From: a virus
Taxonomy: Duplodnaviria; Caudoviricetes
Reading direction: 5' to 3' (one strand)
DNA: 35,971 nt
IMG/VR virus record: IMGVR_UViG_3300020404_002695
Location: 1-35,971 of that record
The notes under the pieces were generated by a model that had not been told where the DNA came from, searched no databases, and saw only the letters and a program-made list of their open reading frames with translations. Position numbers and translations under genes: made by a program. Below, in pieces: positions 10,301-18,800 of this stretch (positions are counted from its first letter, which is position 1; each line of letters begins with the position of its first letter).

Positions 10301-12066
10301 TATGCATTACTTGTGGTTCCAATACCGATTGTTACGATACCCACTGTTTTTTGCACATCAATTGGATTTGTTGCATTTCTTTCGGTGCGTGGATCCGCAT
10401 TATCAGAATATTGTATTACCTGAACGTCAGAAATTCCACCTCCACCACCTCCAGAAATATCTGCACTAATTTCAAATCCCTCACCACCTGTTATGGATTT
10501 TATTACAATACCATCTCCAGCTTCTATTGTCACTGGATCTTCACCAGGAGTTGGAGTCACATTATCTGTTAAAGTTAACGTGGCAATTCCTGAATTACCT
10601 CCACTACCTGAAGTTCCTTCCTCTACTGTAACTGGAAGAGTGTAAGATTTACCTACAACACTTGAATCAATTTTTAATGATCCAGTCTCAATTTTTAAAC
10701 CAGTTCCAACTGTCAAATAATCTAATCTACCATTGTTACTAAGAGCATCACTATCCCAATATACAAGTTTATCATCTGTTCCTGCATCTACACCTCCTAT
10801 TTCACCACCATTAACATTTAATACTTGACTTGCACTGGCGGCAACACCAACACCAGCACCTTGAACAGCTTGAATTGTAAATTCAGAAGTTCCAACATTT
10901 GAAATTGATATATTCGATCCTGCTTTTAATGTTACTGAGTCATCATTAGAGGTTGTGCCATCAGATAAAGTCCAAGTTGCGATACCAACTCCACTCCCTC
11001 CATCAGTTCCTTCAAAATCTAAATCATAATCTTTACCAACAGCATTTGTCTTGACCTTTAAAGTTGTACCATCAATTTCTAGAGTAGTGCCATCAACATC
11101 CAAGTAAGATAATTTACCACCAGAAACAGTATCATCCCAGAATACAATTTTATCTCCACCAGCATCATCACCAGATAGTTGATTCCCTGAAACAGAAAAT
11201 ACGTCCTCTAAATTAGTATTGAGACTTATTGAATTTACAGTAGAATCAATGGTTCCGTAGAAAGTTCCACCTCTAAATTCATGTGCAGTTACAATACCAA
11301 CAGCTAACTTAGCAGGATTTGAAGAAGTAACTACTGCATCAGGATTTGTAGTTCCAATACCAACACCATTACCCCTAGTGATACGAAGTTTTTCATCATC
11401 CACTGATACCTGATCATCATCACTAGCATTATCTACATAAAAACATAAATCACCCCTTCCATAACCAAAAGATGCCCCGCCATTTGACTCGAATGCAATC
11501 GCTGCTTTTGCTCTTGCAGCCTCAGTGCTATTTCCTGCACTTCCATAACCACCATGACTAAATGAAATACCTGCTAAATCTCCATTAATTTCACCACCAT
11601 CAGAATGAACTTTAAGTATACCAATATTACTATCAACACTCTTAATTGCAAGATTTGAGGTATCTGAGGCACTTTTAGAAATAAATCCACCAAATAATGC
11701 GGAACCATCTTTTATAATACGTAATCTTTCTTCATTCTCTGTCTCAACTAAAAAGTGTCCGTCTGATCCATTATCAACTACCTGAGCCTTTGTATTACCT
11801 TTTTCTATTCTATCAGCTGCTGTTTCAGGAACAACATTACCCTTAAATGTTCCATAGTATTCATATGCAGTTACAATACCTGCAACTGCTAATTTTGTAT
11901 TATTTTGTGATCCTATATTGGCGTCAGGATTTGTGGTTCCAATACCAACTTTACCAAAAATCTCAAGGGCTACGTGTGGGTTTGTAGTTCCTATTCCTAT
12001 TTTATCTGCATTTTCTAAGACTCTATCATCATTAATGATAGTAGAACCTTTTATCTTAATTGCCAT
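7399..12066 (-). CDS. Giant modular tail fibre/adhesin (1555 aa) with collar domain and C-terminal glycine-rich domain
   Basis: Many VGIGTTNP/ERLRI repeats; collar domain at about 8130-8570; C-terminal polyglycine motifs (MWGGGGGGASSGSYRGGGGGGGY...GARGEVWVVVV). Confidence 0.8.
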   Translation of the reverse strand: MAIKIKGSTIINDDRVLENADKIGIGTTNPHVALEIFGKVGIGTTNPDANIGSQNNTKLAVAGIVTAYEYYGTFKGNVVPETAADRIEKGNTKAQVVDNGSDGHFLVETENEERLRIIKDGSALFGGFISKSASDTSNLAIKSVDSNIGILKVHSDGGEINGDLAGISFSHGGYGSAGNSTEAARAKAAIAFESNGGASFGYGRGDLCFYVDNASDDDQVSVDDEKLRITRGNGVGIGTTNPDAVVTSSNPAKLAVGIVTAHEFRGGTFYGTIDSTVNSISLNTNLEDVFSVSGNQLSGDDAGGDKIVFWDDTVSGGKLSYLDVDGTTLEIDGTTLKVKTNAVGKDYDLDFEGTDGGSGVGIATWTLSDGTTSNDDSVTLKAGSNISISNVGTSEFTIQAVQGAGVGVAASASQVLNVNGGEIGGVDAGTDDKLVYWDSDALSNNGRLDYLTVGTGLKIETGSLKIDSSVVGKSYTLPVTVEEGTSGSGGNSGIATLTLTDNVTPTPGEDPVTIEAGDGIVIKSITGGEGFEISADISGGGGGGISDVQVIQYSDNADPRTERNATNPIDVQKTVGIVTIGIGTTSNAYGNRFVGPNTPSGAIEGDIWYDTTTTGQGTNRVAVIKHVESSGNNGGKAPNLSSFNTRKLNDLNDPNGMGVTLNSNIFSLPAGTYKIDFSTPFYHTQYSQSRLKYSNQSDVSGTLSYIIGSSLYAGPGSGGETVGESDGHDIIVLTETNYFILESRVSKTQSTTDFGINCSYSDEVYSQVRIEDLATAVKDDGNTNRIIQGNTKAEVNDTGSNGHFLVETEGSERLRIISTGRVGIGTDINNSIIPDSDTLLHLKVAGNGTLSGGTNKLITLTSGNPRINAIGVKDADNLFIAADENNQGNNSSIILRVDGDDQVTIKSNAVGIGTDDPTGSNALTNNNSTLAVGTIKANNISGNPNLSIGSDEQIIFNNGGSLAGDDKFVFDHVDKKVGIGTTNPYYRLHAFFNNSTTSLTGGSSGNWGGDGIRIENDNTTIGALSLVQFRVDNADWHIGNKKTTGSNPDGNSDFVFNSEGSEKLRITSAGDVGIGTTNPTGANAVGSGNTSVLAVGVVTCRELYVNGNNISDGGANVNIGTEPPTNPSPNPGDLWWDSDNGDLHVYYKDTDNTEQWVAITGDSNNSDPVGTIVAWGGSVSSIPSGYQLCDGGITQTSALQAITGANVPDLRSRFIVGAHNVSGTGSWPNVGVGSTGGSADAIVPDHTHPTSVDNGTLFHQGGTPNAIPFGGPGLYPGTVFSMSDPSNGESVTNKNLPPYYALCYIIKHTVSSDSGGGSSSASSVQYFTSDGTWTKPSTGNFVLVTMWGGGGGGASSGSYRGGGGGGGYAEYRIKMSDLGPTVSVTVGSGGAAGVAGESSQFGSITYSVGGGGAGRGTSSTTDEQNLSPGGTGGNLYGDGTTPASGASTRDSDGSIIALPDTLNGGVEGRNGASGGSGYRPQNFGNAAVGGDSIYGGGGGGGYGPNNFGVTVTANGGTSRVGGNGGTGNSDNAQIPAGGGGAGYSGARGEVWVVVV

Positions 12067-12094
12067 CTACCGTCTTCGTGTTTCCACTGGGTAA
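12067..12094 (-). ncRNA. Putative cis-regulatory RNA hairpin in the 5' leader
   Basis: UUACC-CA-GUG-GAAA-CAC-GAAGAC-GGUAG directly abutting the AUG: nested stems with a GNRA tetraloop. Confidence 0.45.
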
Positions 12095-12100
12095 TTTCTT

Positions 12101-14836
12101 TTATTTATCAAGAAGACCCCTTAATTCATTAATTTGTTCTTGTTGATTTTTTACGACCTCAATCAATAATCCAACTAAACCATTATAATTTACGGTCTTT
12201 GGATCTTCATTACTCACCAAATCAGGTAAAGTTTTCTGAACATTATCGGCAATCACACCAAACGATGGTTTATTTGATGCCTTCCAATTAAACGACACAC
12301 CATCAATCTTCATAATCTTATCGATGGGATTATCAATTACCTGAATATTTGTTTTGTAATTACGATCTGACAGAGAATTAAAATCAGTTGCAGTTGTGAC
12401 ACCTGAAACAAATATACCTTTAGCGGTTAAAAATCCAACGGTTGTAATTCCAGATGTTACATTAATACCACTACCAAATGTTGCAATGCCAATAAAAGTT
12501 GATATACCATTTACTTTTAAATTTCGAATATCTAAATCTTCTTCAAGTCTAATCTTTTTACCAACAAATTCTTTTGCATAAACTGTCCTAAATCCAACGT
12601 TTGCACTACCGATATCATAAAATTGATCATCTGTAGTTTCTATATGATCACTAAAGGTTGATATGCCAGTTACATATAAATTTGTAGTGCTCGTTACACC
12701 CGTAACAGATACGCCAACTCCAGTGGTTTGAAATACAAGATTGTTATCATATCTCAATTCTACACGATCATTTTCGTAGAATCTTGCCATATCCTTAGTT
12801 TCATCTGCACTTCTTATTGAAACTTGATTAGATAATATAACAAGATCCAGATCTCCCTTATCTCGAATATAACTGTGTTTATCTGTTGTGGTTTGATTAT
12901 AAGGAGATTGACCATAATATATTTCTAAAACTTCATCATCACCAAATACTGCTGGTGCATCATTAATGAAAAATACAGTTGATCCAATTCCAACGGTTGC
13001 ACCAGTGCCAACGATTACATCATCATTAAATGTTGAAATACCAGAAACAGTCATACCCGAACCAACGACCACGGTATCATTGAATGTTGAGATACCAGAA
13101 ACAGTCATACCAGATCCAACAGTCGTGATCCCAGATGTTACATTAATACCACTACCAAATGTTGCAATACCTATGAACGTCGATATACCACCTACTTTAA
13201 AATTTTCCTCAACAATAAGGTTTTTTGCAGTTAATATTCCAGTAACTTTTAAAAATTCAAATTCTTCATTATCAACACCAATGATGGTATCTACATATAC
13301 CTTTTTCCATGGATTACTCTCTGTTCCCAAAGTTAATTCTGTGGTGCCAGGAATTAAATGAGAGGTAACAAAACCAGTAACAGATAAATCTGTAGTGCTT
13401 GTTAAACCTATAACAGATACACCTACTCCAGTTGTTTGGAATTTATGATCATTATTAAAGTATAAATCAACAGAATCACCGTCGTTAAACTTTGCGTATG
13501 TCTTTGGACTACTAAGTGAACTATTCTTAAATATAATATCACTTGCCTCTATACTTAAATTACCAGTTCCATTTTCTCTTATTCTACTATCTCCGTCAGA
13601 TGTATCTCTAAATATTCGCAAACTAGGATTAACACCAAACTGCAATTCTGCATTTTCATTTAATTTTACGTGAGATTGAATTCCAACTTCTCCATGAATT
13701 GAGTGATCTGTTCCAGTGATTGCAATACCAGTGTTGGTGGTTTCAAATTTCTTTGTATCATTAAAAAATAACTCAACTCTATTATTAGGAACCGCTAGAA
13801 GAGCAGTTTTAAAACCAATATTATTATTACCAAATCTTAAATCAGTGTTTCCCCCATCATTGTCAATATGGAAATTTGTATTATCATGATGTATTGATGC
13901 ATCCAAATCATCACCAAATTTTGCTTTAACAGTATCTCCAAATATTAAGGAATCATCAGACTGATCAAAGAAAATATTTTTTTGATTACTAGTAACAAAT
14001 TCTACATCACCATCAAAACGTGAATATCCTAAAACATCTAATAATTTTTCTGGTATTGTGCTTCCGATACCAACACGAGAAGTATCAGAACGATATACAA
14101 ACTTACCTCCGTTAGTTGAAGCACCATCTACCAATCCAGCAGTATTGTGAAATTGTATATCATATATTGTTCCACCAGCACCAGATCGAACGGCATTTTG
14201 ATTTTGCCATATCATTCCACCTGTTGCCGTCTTTACTAATAAATCACCTTGATTACCTGGTTGATTATTCTCACCATATATTGTTTTATCTAACTTTAAA
14301 TCTCCCTGAACTCTGAGATTAGTTCCAATACCAACAGACTCTATACCTACTGTATTATCAAAAGTAAAGAATGATGATGTTGCAAATTCTCCATCATTAT
14401 TAAATAAAAGTTCGTGATTATTACCAGGTGCAGATACTGTGACTGTAACAGCAGTACCAGGAAAACCATCTTGATCCACAAAACCAGCAACAGTGACAGC
14501 AAGACCTACAAAGTTTACATCGGTAATACTATTAATTCCAGCGTTGGGATTAGGATTTCCGCCAGGAAATAAGGCATTTTTTGGTACAACAACACCTTCA
14601 TCCCTTACAGTATGTGCAGCGGGTATCGTTCCACCACCAATTGGTTTCCAATATCTCTCACCAGGATAATTTCTGACTGATACTATTTGAAATTGATCTC
14701 CAGGTGGAATTGTATCTATCTCTGGTGGATCTCCAAGGTTAGGTTCTGTCTGATCCAACCCAAGATATAAATATCTGTCCTCTGTTAATTTGTCTTGTGG
14801 AGTTCTCTTGACTCTACCACTAAGATACTTTGGCAT
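12101..14836 (-). CDS. Tail fibre with C-terminal intramolecular chaperone (peptidase S74-like) domain
   Basis: C-terminal SDRNYKTNIQVIDNPIDKIMKIDGVSFNWK...GVIA...VNYNGLVGLLIEVVKNQQEQINEL; GISTF/GITT shaft repeats. Confidence 0.85.
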   Translation of the reverse strand: MPKYLSGRVKRTPQDKLTEDRYLYLGLDQTEPNLGDPPEIDTIPPGDQFQIVSVRNYPGERYWKPIGGGTIPAAHTVRDEGVVVPKNALFPGGNPNPNAGINSITDVNFVGLAVTVAGFVDQDGFPGTAVTVTVSAPGNNHELLFNNDGEFATSSFFTFDNTVGIESVGIGTNLRVQGDLKLDKTIYGENNQPGNQGDLLVKTATGGMIWQNQNAVRSGAGGTIYDIQFHNTAGLVDGASTNGGKFVYRSDTSRVGIGSTIPEKLLDVLGYSRFDGDVEFVTSNQKNIFFDQSDDSLIFGDTVKAKFGDDLDASIHHDNTNFHIDNDGGNTDLRFGNNNIGFKTALLAVPNNRVELFFNDTKKFETTNTGIAITGTDHSIHGEVGIQSHVKLNENAELQFGVNPSLRIFRDTSDGDSRIRENGTGNLSIEASDIIFKNSSLSSPKTYAKFNDGDSVDLYFNNDHKFQTTGVGVSVIGLTSTTDLSVTGFVTSHLIPGTTELTLGTESNPWKKVYVDTIIGVDNEEFEFLKVTGILTAKNLIVEENFKVGGISTFIGIATFGSGINVTSGITTVGSGMTVSGISTFNDTVVVGSGMTVSGISTFNDDVIVGTGATVGIGSTVFFINDAPAVFGDDEVLEIYYGQSPYNQTTTDKHSYIRDKGDLDLVILSNQVSIRSADETKDMARFYENDRVELRYDNNLVFQTTGVGVSVTGVTSTTNLYVTGISTFSDHIETTDDQFYDIGSANVGFRTVYAKEFVGKKIRLEEDLDIRNLKVNGISTFIGIATFGSGINVTSGITTVGFLTAKGIFVSGVTTATDFNSLSDRNYKTNIQVIDNPIDKIMKIDGVSFNWKASNKPSFGVIADNVQKTLPDLVSNEDPKTVNYNGLVGLLIEVVKNQQEQINELRGLLDK
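12102..12109 (-). promoter_or_regulatory. T4-type late promoter (GATAAATA)
   Basis: Overlaps the stop of the 911-aa gene, about 35 nt upstream of the next ATG. Confidence 0.55.
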
Positions 14837-15852
14837 TATGTTGTACTATTCTCTAGAATGCTACAGATAAATTCCATCTGAAGTGGTCCGACCAATCCAC
14901 CTGTGGTGGTATATCCAACGAACGTAGTGAAAGTATTACCATCCACCACCGTTTTTACATCTGTGTTTATACCTGAAACTGGGTCAGTGCTACGAGGATA
15001 TTTTTTTTCTTTAAAGAAATTATCTTGTGAACATTTAAAAGTTAATGATTCATCCTTAAAACTGACAAAATCACCTTGTGAAAGATTATGTGGAACAGAA
15101 GTCGTCACTGTTAATATACCTGATGTAGAACCGTAGATAGTTCCTTTTATTGGAGCTATTTTAGTACCGACAGTTGCAGTTGATGAAGTATTAACAGTTA
15201 TTGCATCTTTATCTGCACGAATAAAGTTATGTAGAGAAGGTGCAAAAGTATGTGGTAGGGTTTTTACAATTCCTGTATTTGTTTCAAATGTTTTAGATAT
15301 TCCTACATTTCCACCCTCATCTATAACTTTTTCAATGGTGAAAGATACTTGTGGAGCAGGAAAAATTGAACTTGTTATTCCAGCTGTGGATGGACAAGTG
15401 AATACAATGCCAGCCATTGTTATCTGATCATCAACACTCAATCCATGAGGGACAAGTGTTGTAACAGTGGTTAATCCAGTGGTGTGATCATATTCTACAT
15501 CACTAATTGTCGTAATTCCACTTTGAATTCCAGATATTGCAATTGAATCTGATACAAGTGCAGTTCTCTCTAAAACTAATCTACCATCAACTAAAATAAG
15601 AGAATCATTTGGAGGAATTTCGCCATCTTTAATAATTCTGTTATTTCTTACATTTCCTCTAGTTCGAGTTGCAACACTTGTTCTTCGGTGAGTAAAAGTT
15701 ACAGTCGGAAATGAATCTCCAATACCAACATTGGCAACCTGTGCGTATAATACAATCGCAGATGTTCCAACTGGGGCTTTGTATATTGTCTGCTCACCTG
15801 GTGCAACTGGTACAGCAAATGTCAAAAATTTATTTAATGGTGCGACTGCCAT
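14836..15852 (-). CDS. Virion structural protein (338 aa) with two internal beta modules
   Basis: TAATG coupling to the next gene; two Y....G..TVTT..PH.L...D modules; lies in the fibre cluster. Confidence 0.7.
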   Translation of the reverse strand: MAVAPLNKFLTFAVPVAPGEQTIYKAPVGTSAIVLYAQVANVGIGDSFPTVTFTHRRTSVATRTRGNVRNNRIIKDGEIPPNDSLILVDGRLVLERTALVSDSIAISGIQSGITTISDVEYDHTTGLTTVTTLVPHGLSVDDQITMAGIVFTCPSTAGITSSIFPAPQVSFTIEKVIDEGGNVGISKTFETNTGIVKTLPHTFAPSLHNFIRADKDAITVNTSSTATVGTKIAPIKGTIYGSTSGILTVTTSVPHNLSQGDFVSFKDESLTFKCSQDNFFKEKKYPRSTDPVSGINTDVKTVVDGNTFTTFVGYTTTGGLVGPLQMEFICSILENSTT

Positions 15853-15853
15853 A

Positions 15854-18800
15854 TTATCTCAATGCTAGTATTAATGGTGTTACTTCTGCCTGAAGTGATC
15901 TACTAAAATCTCTTCCAGAAATTGTCGAAGTTGTCTGATTAATTTGCAAACCCTCACCAATATCAAAATTACCTTTTTGGTCGGTAGAAGTAAATGGAAT
16001 TTGTGCCCCATCTTTAGCTACAACTTCATTCGCTTTTATGGGGATTGCACCTTGTAGGGGTACCGATTTATTTATGGCTGTGCCAGTACCCACATACTCA
16101 AAAGAATGAGAGCTTGTAAGTATTCGACTTATTCTCTGTAAAGTAAAAGGATCATCTGGGAACAATTCATAGGGAATAAATTCATTAAATGTAATTGAAG
16201 TGATTCCTATTGTATTGTCTGTTGCCTCTTCTACAGTATAATAAATTGGTGACATAACTGCTGTAGCAAGACTCGTATCTCCTTCAACATCAACAACAAT
16301 ATTTTGTCCTGAAAGATAATTTCTTCCCTGTGCAACAACATTAATTTCTGTTAAAAGTCCTGCAGGACTTACAGTGGCAGTAGCTTCTGCGATAATTCCT
16401 TGTGGTCCTTTTGGTTCTTGAGTGCCATCTGCATCTCTTATTAAAACATCAGGAGGATCAATTGCACTAAATCCTGTGAGATCAACACCAGAATTTAATT
16501 TAATAGAATCTAACTGTTGCAATGGTGCTGTAATTCTACCGTCTGAATTGAGAGTACCTGCATTAAGATTATCTGTATTGAAATCTCCACCATAATTACT
16601 TGCCTTTATCTTAAAGTATAATGCCTGTCCATCAAATGGTCTTCTGAATTGATTATTTAAATCTGTAACACTGGTTCCAACTACCACATCTTGCTCTTCA
16701 GGAGTAGTGCTAAGAATTAATTCCCCTGCTGGATTTGTATTACTTACAATACCTGTGAATTCTGTAGAACCTAACCCGACTGCCACTAAACCAAAATTAC
16801 CAAAGGAGGAGTTTGAGTTTGTTAGATCACATTGTGCTCCAGTATCTGCATATATGCCAATATCAGTGTTGATTGTAAATATAGAAACTAATTGTGCATA
16901 GGCATTATTTGTTAAAGATACTCCGATACCATTTTCATTGTATTGTGTAAATGAATCACACACCATTGATTTTAAATCAGCTCCAATAATATTTGTTCCT
17001 GTATAATCAGCTCTTGCATCATTTCCATCTATTTTCATTCCAATACTACCAGTCATAAAGTTGGTACAGTTTCTGATATATGGAGATCTCCATCTACCAC
17101 TAGGTCCTTCATTCGCAGGACCTGCATCAGTAAATCCTGTTGTAGATCCACTTGGTGGAGGAAATGCCACACACGCAGCTCCATCATGACCAACACCAAC
17201 GTTTGAACCACCAAAGTTTAAATTCTCAATTAAACAACCTCGTCTGACATGAAATACATTCTGTAAACGATTTTGAGACTGTATGATAACAAGACGAATG
17301 TCCTCTCCTGTGACTGTAACATCAGTTCTTAAACCAATTGGATTATTTTCCTCATAAACACCTGGTCTTATTTTAATTGTATCAGTTGGTAAAGCAACCG
17401 CAGCTGCTGCACCTATCGTTGCCTTCGCATCTCCCTCTAATAATCCACTGTTTGTATCACAACCATTTTTAGTAACCCATATTGTTCTTTTTGTCTGAAC
17501 ACCTGATGGTCTCCATGATACTCCAGTTCCAACTGAAGCAAGACGATAATCAGTTTTACAAGGATCAGAGAATCCTGTGTCATCATTTATATCCTGTATA
17601 GCACCATCTAAATCAACAGTGCCCTTAAAAGTTGCAACCCCAGATGTAGATGATTGTTTCATAAACATCGTGCTCTTCTGAGTGGTGATGCCAATAAATG
17701 TAGAGAATCCTGCTACACTAAGTTGATTAGCAAATAAAGTGCTTCTCTGTGTTGTAATACCAATGAATGTAGAGAATCCTACTACACTGAGTTGATTGGC
17801 AAATAAAGTGCTTCTCTGTGTTGTAATACCAATGAATGTAGAGAATCCTGCCACACTAAATTGATTTGCAAATAATGTGCTTGTCTGAGTGGTAATACCA
17901 GGTCCAAATGTAGAGAAACCAGTTACATTTAAATCGTCAAGTTCAGTGTGTCCGTCTACATCTAGATTCTCATCTATATCTACATTTTTTTCTGCAGTCA
18001 CATTGGCTTTAAATGTAGATGTCGCATTGACAGTTAATGTATCATTGCTAGTATCACCAAGTTGTGTATTTCCTTTTACATTAAAATCAGTTCCAACAAA
18101 TAGTTTTTTAGCTACCGCAGCTCCACCATCGATGGTTACAGAACCACCAGTGGTAGAATTTGAGGCATCATCCGTATTATTAAAATTAGCAGCACCAGTA
18201 ACATCTAAAGTATCTTTGAGTACAGTTTCTAATTTTACATCTAATGTACCTTTTATATCTGTGTTTCCATTATTAGTATCAACAGTAAATTTATCAATCC
18301 CCGCATCTGTTTGTATCTTGAAGAATTTATCATCTGCAGTGATTGTTACATTATCATTAAATGTGGCAGCAGCACCTACATTTAGAGTTTCTTTTAATTC
18401 AGTATGTTTATTAACTGTTAGTGTATCATCAAACTGAACTTGTTGTACCGCATGTAAATCTCCATTTATGTCTACTTGGTAAGTTGGATTACTGTTATTA
18501 ACACCAACTTTTGTCATCCTAAAGATGGATGCATTGTTACCAACTCCATTATATCCCCACAAATCGTTTGTAAATATGGTTGACAAACCAGTGCCAGGAA
18601 AAGTTGGATCAGCAGCAGTTGGTCTTAATGTATCTGTTCCAAGTCCAAGACTATTTCTCTGAACAAAATTTATTGTTGTAAATGATTGTGCAGCACCAAC
18701 GGTCTGATGATTCTCGTCAGTGGGAAGGAATTGTCCTTCATCCTGTATGAAGATACCTTCATCAAAACCTGGTGTAAGTGCTACCCATTTGATTCCAAGT

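Noticed and set aside
6552-11762. Invertase-driven shufflon or CRISPR-like array
   Set aside because: Repeats are direct, kilobases apart, coding and non-palindromic; no recombinase or cas gene seen
12067-12094. Hammerhead ribozyme
   Set aside because: The stem-GAA portion is reminiscent, but the CUGANGA core and the remaining stems are absent
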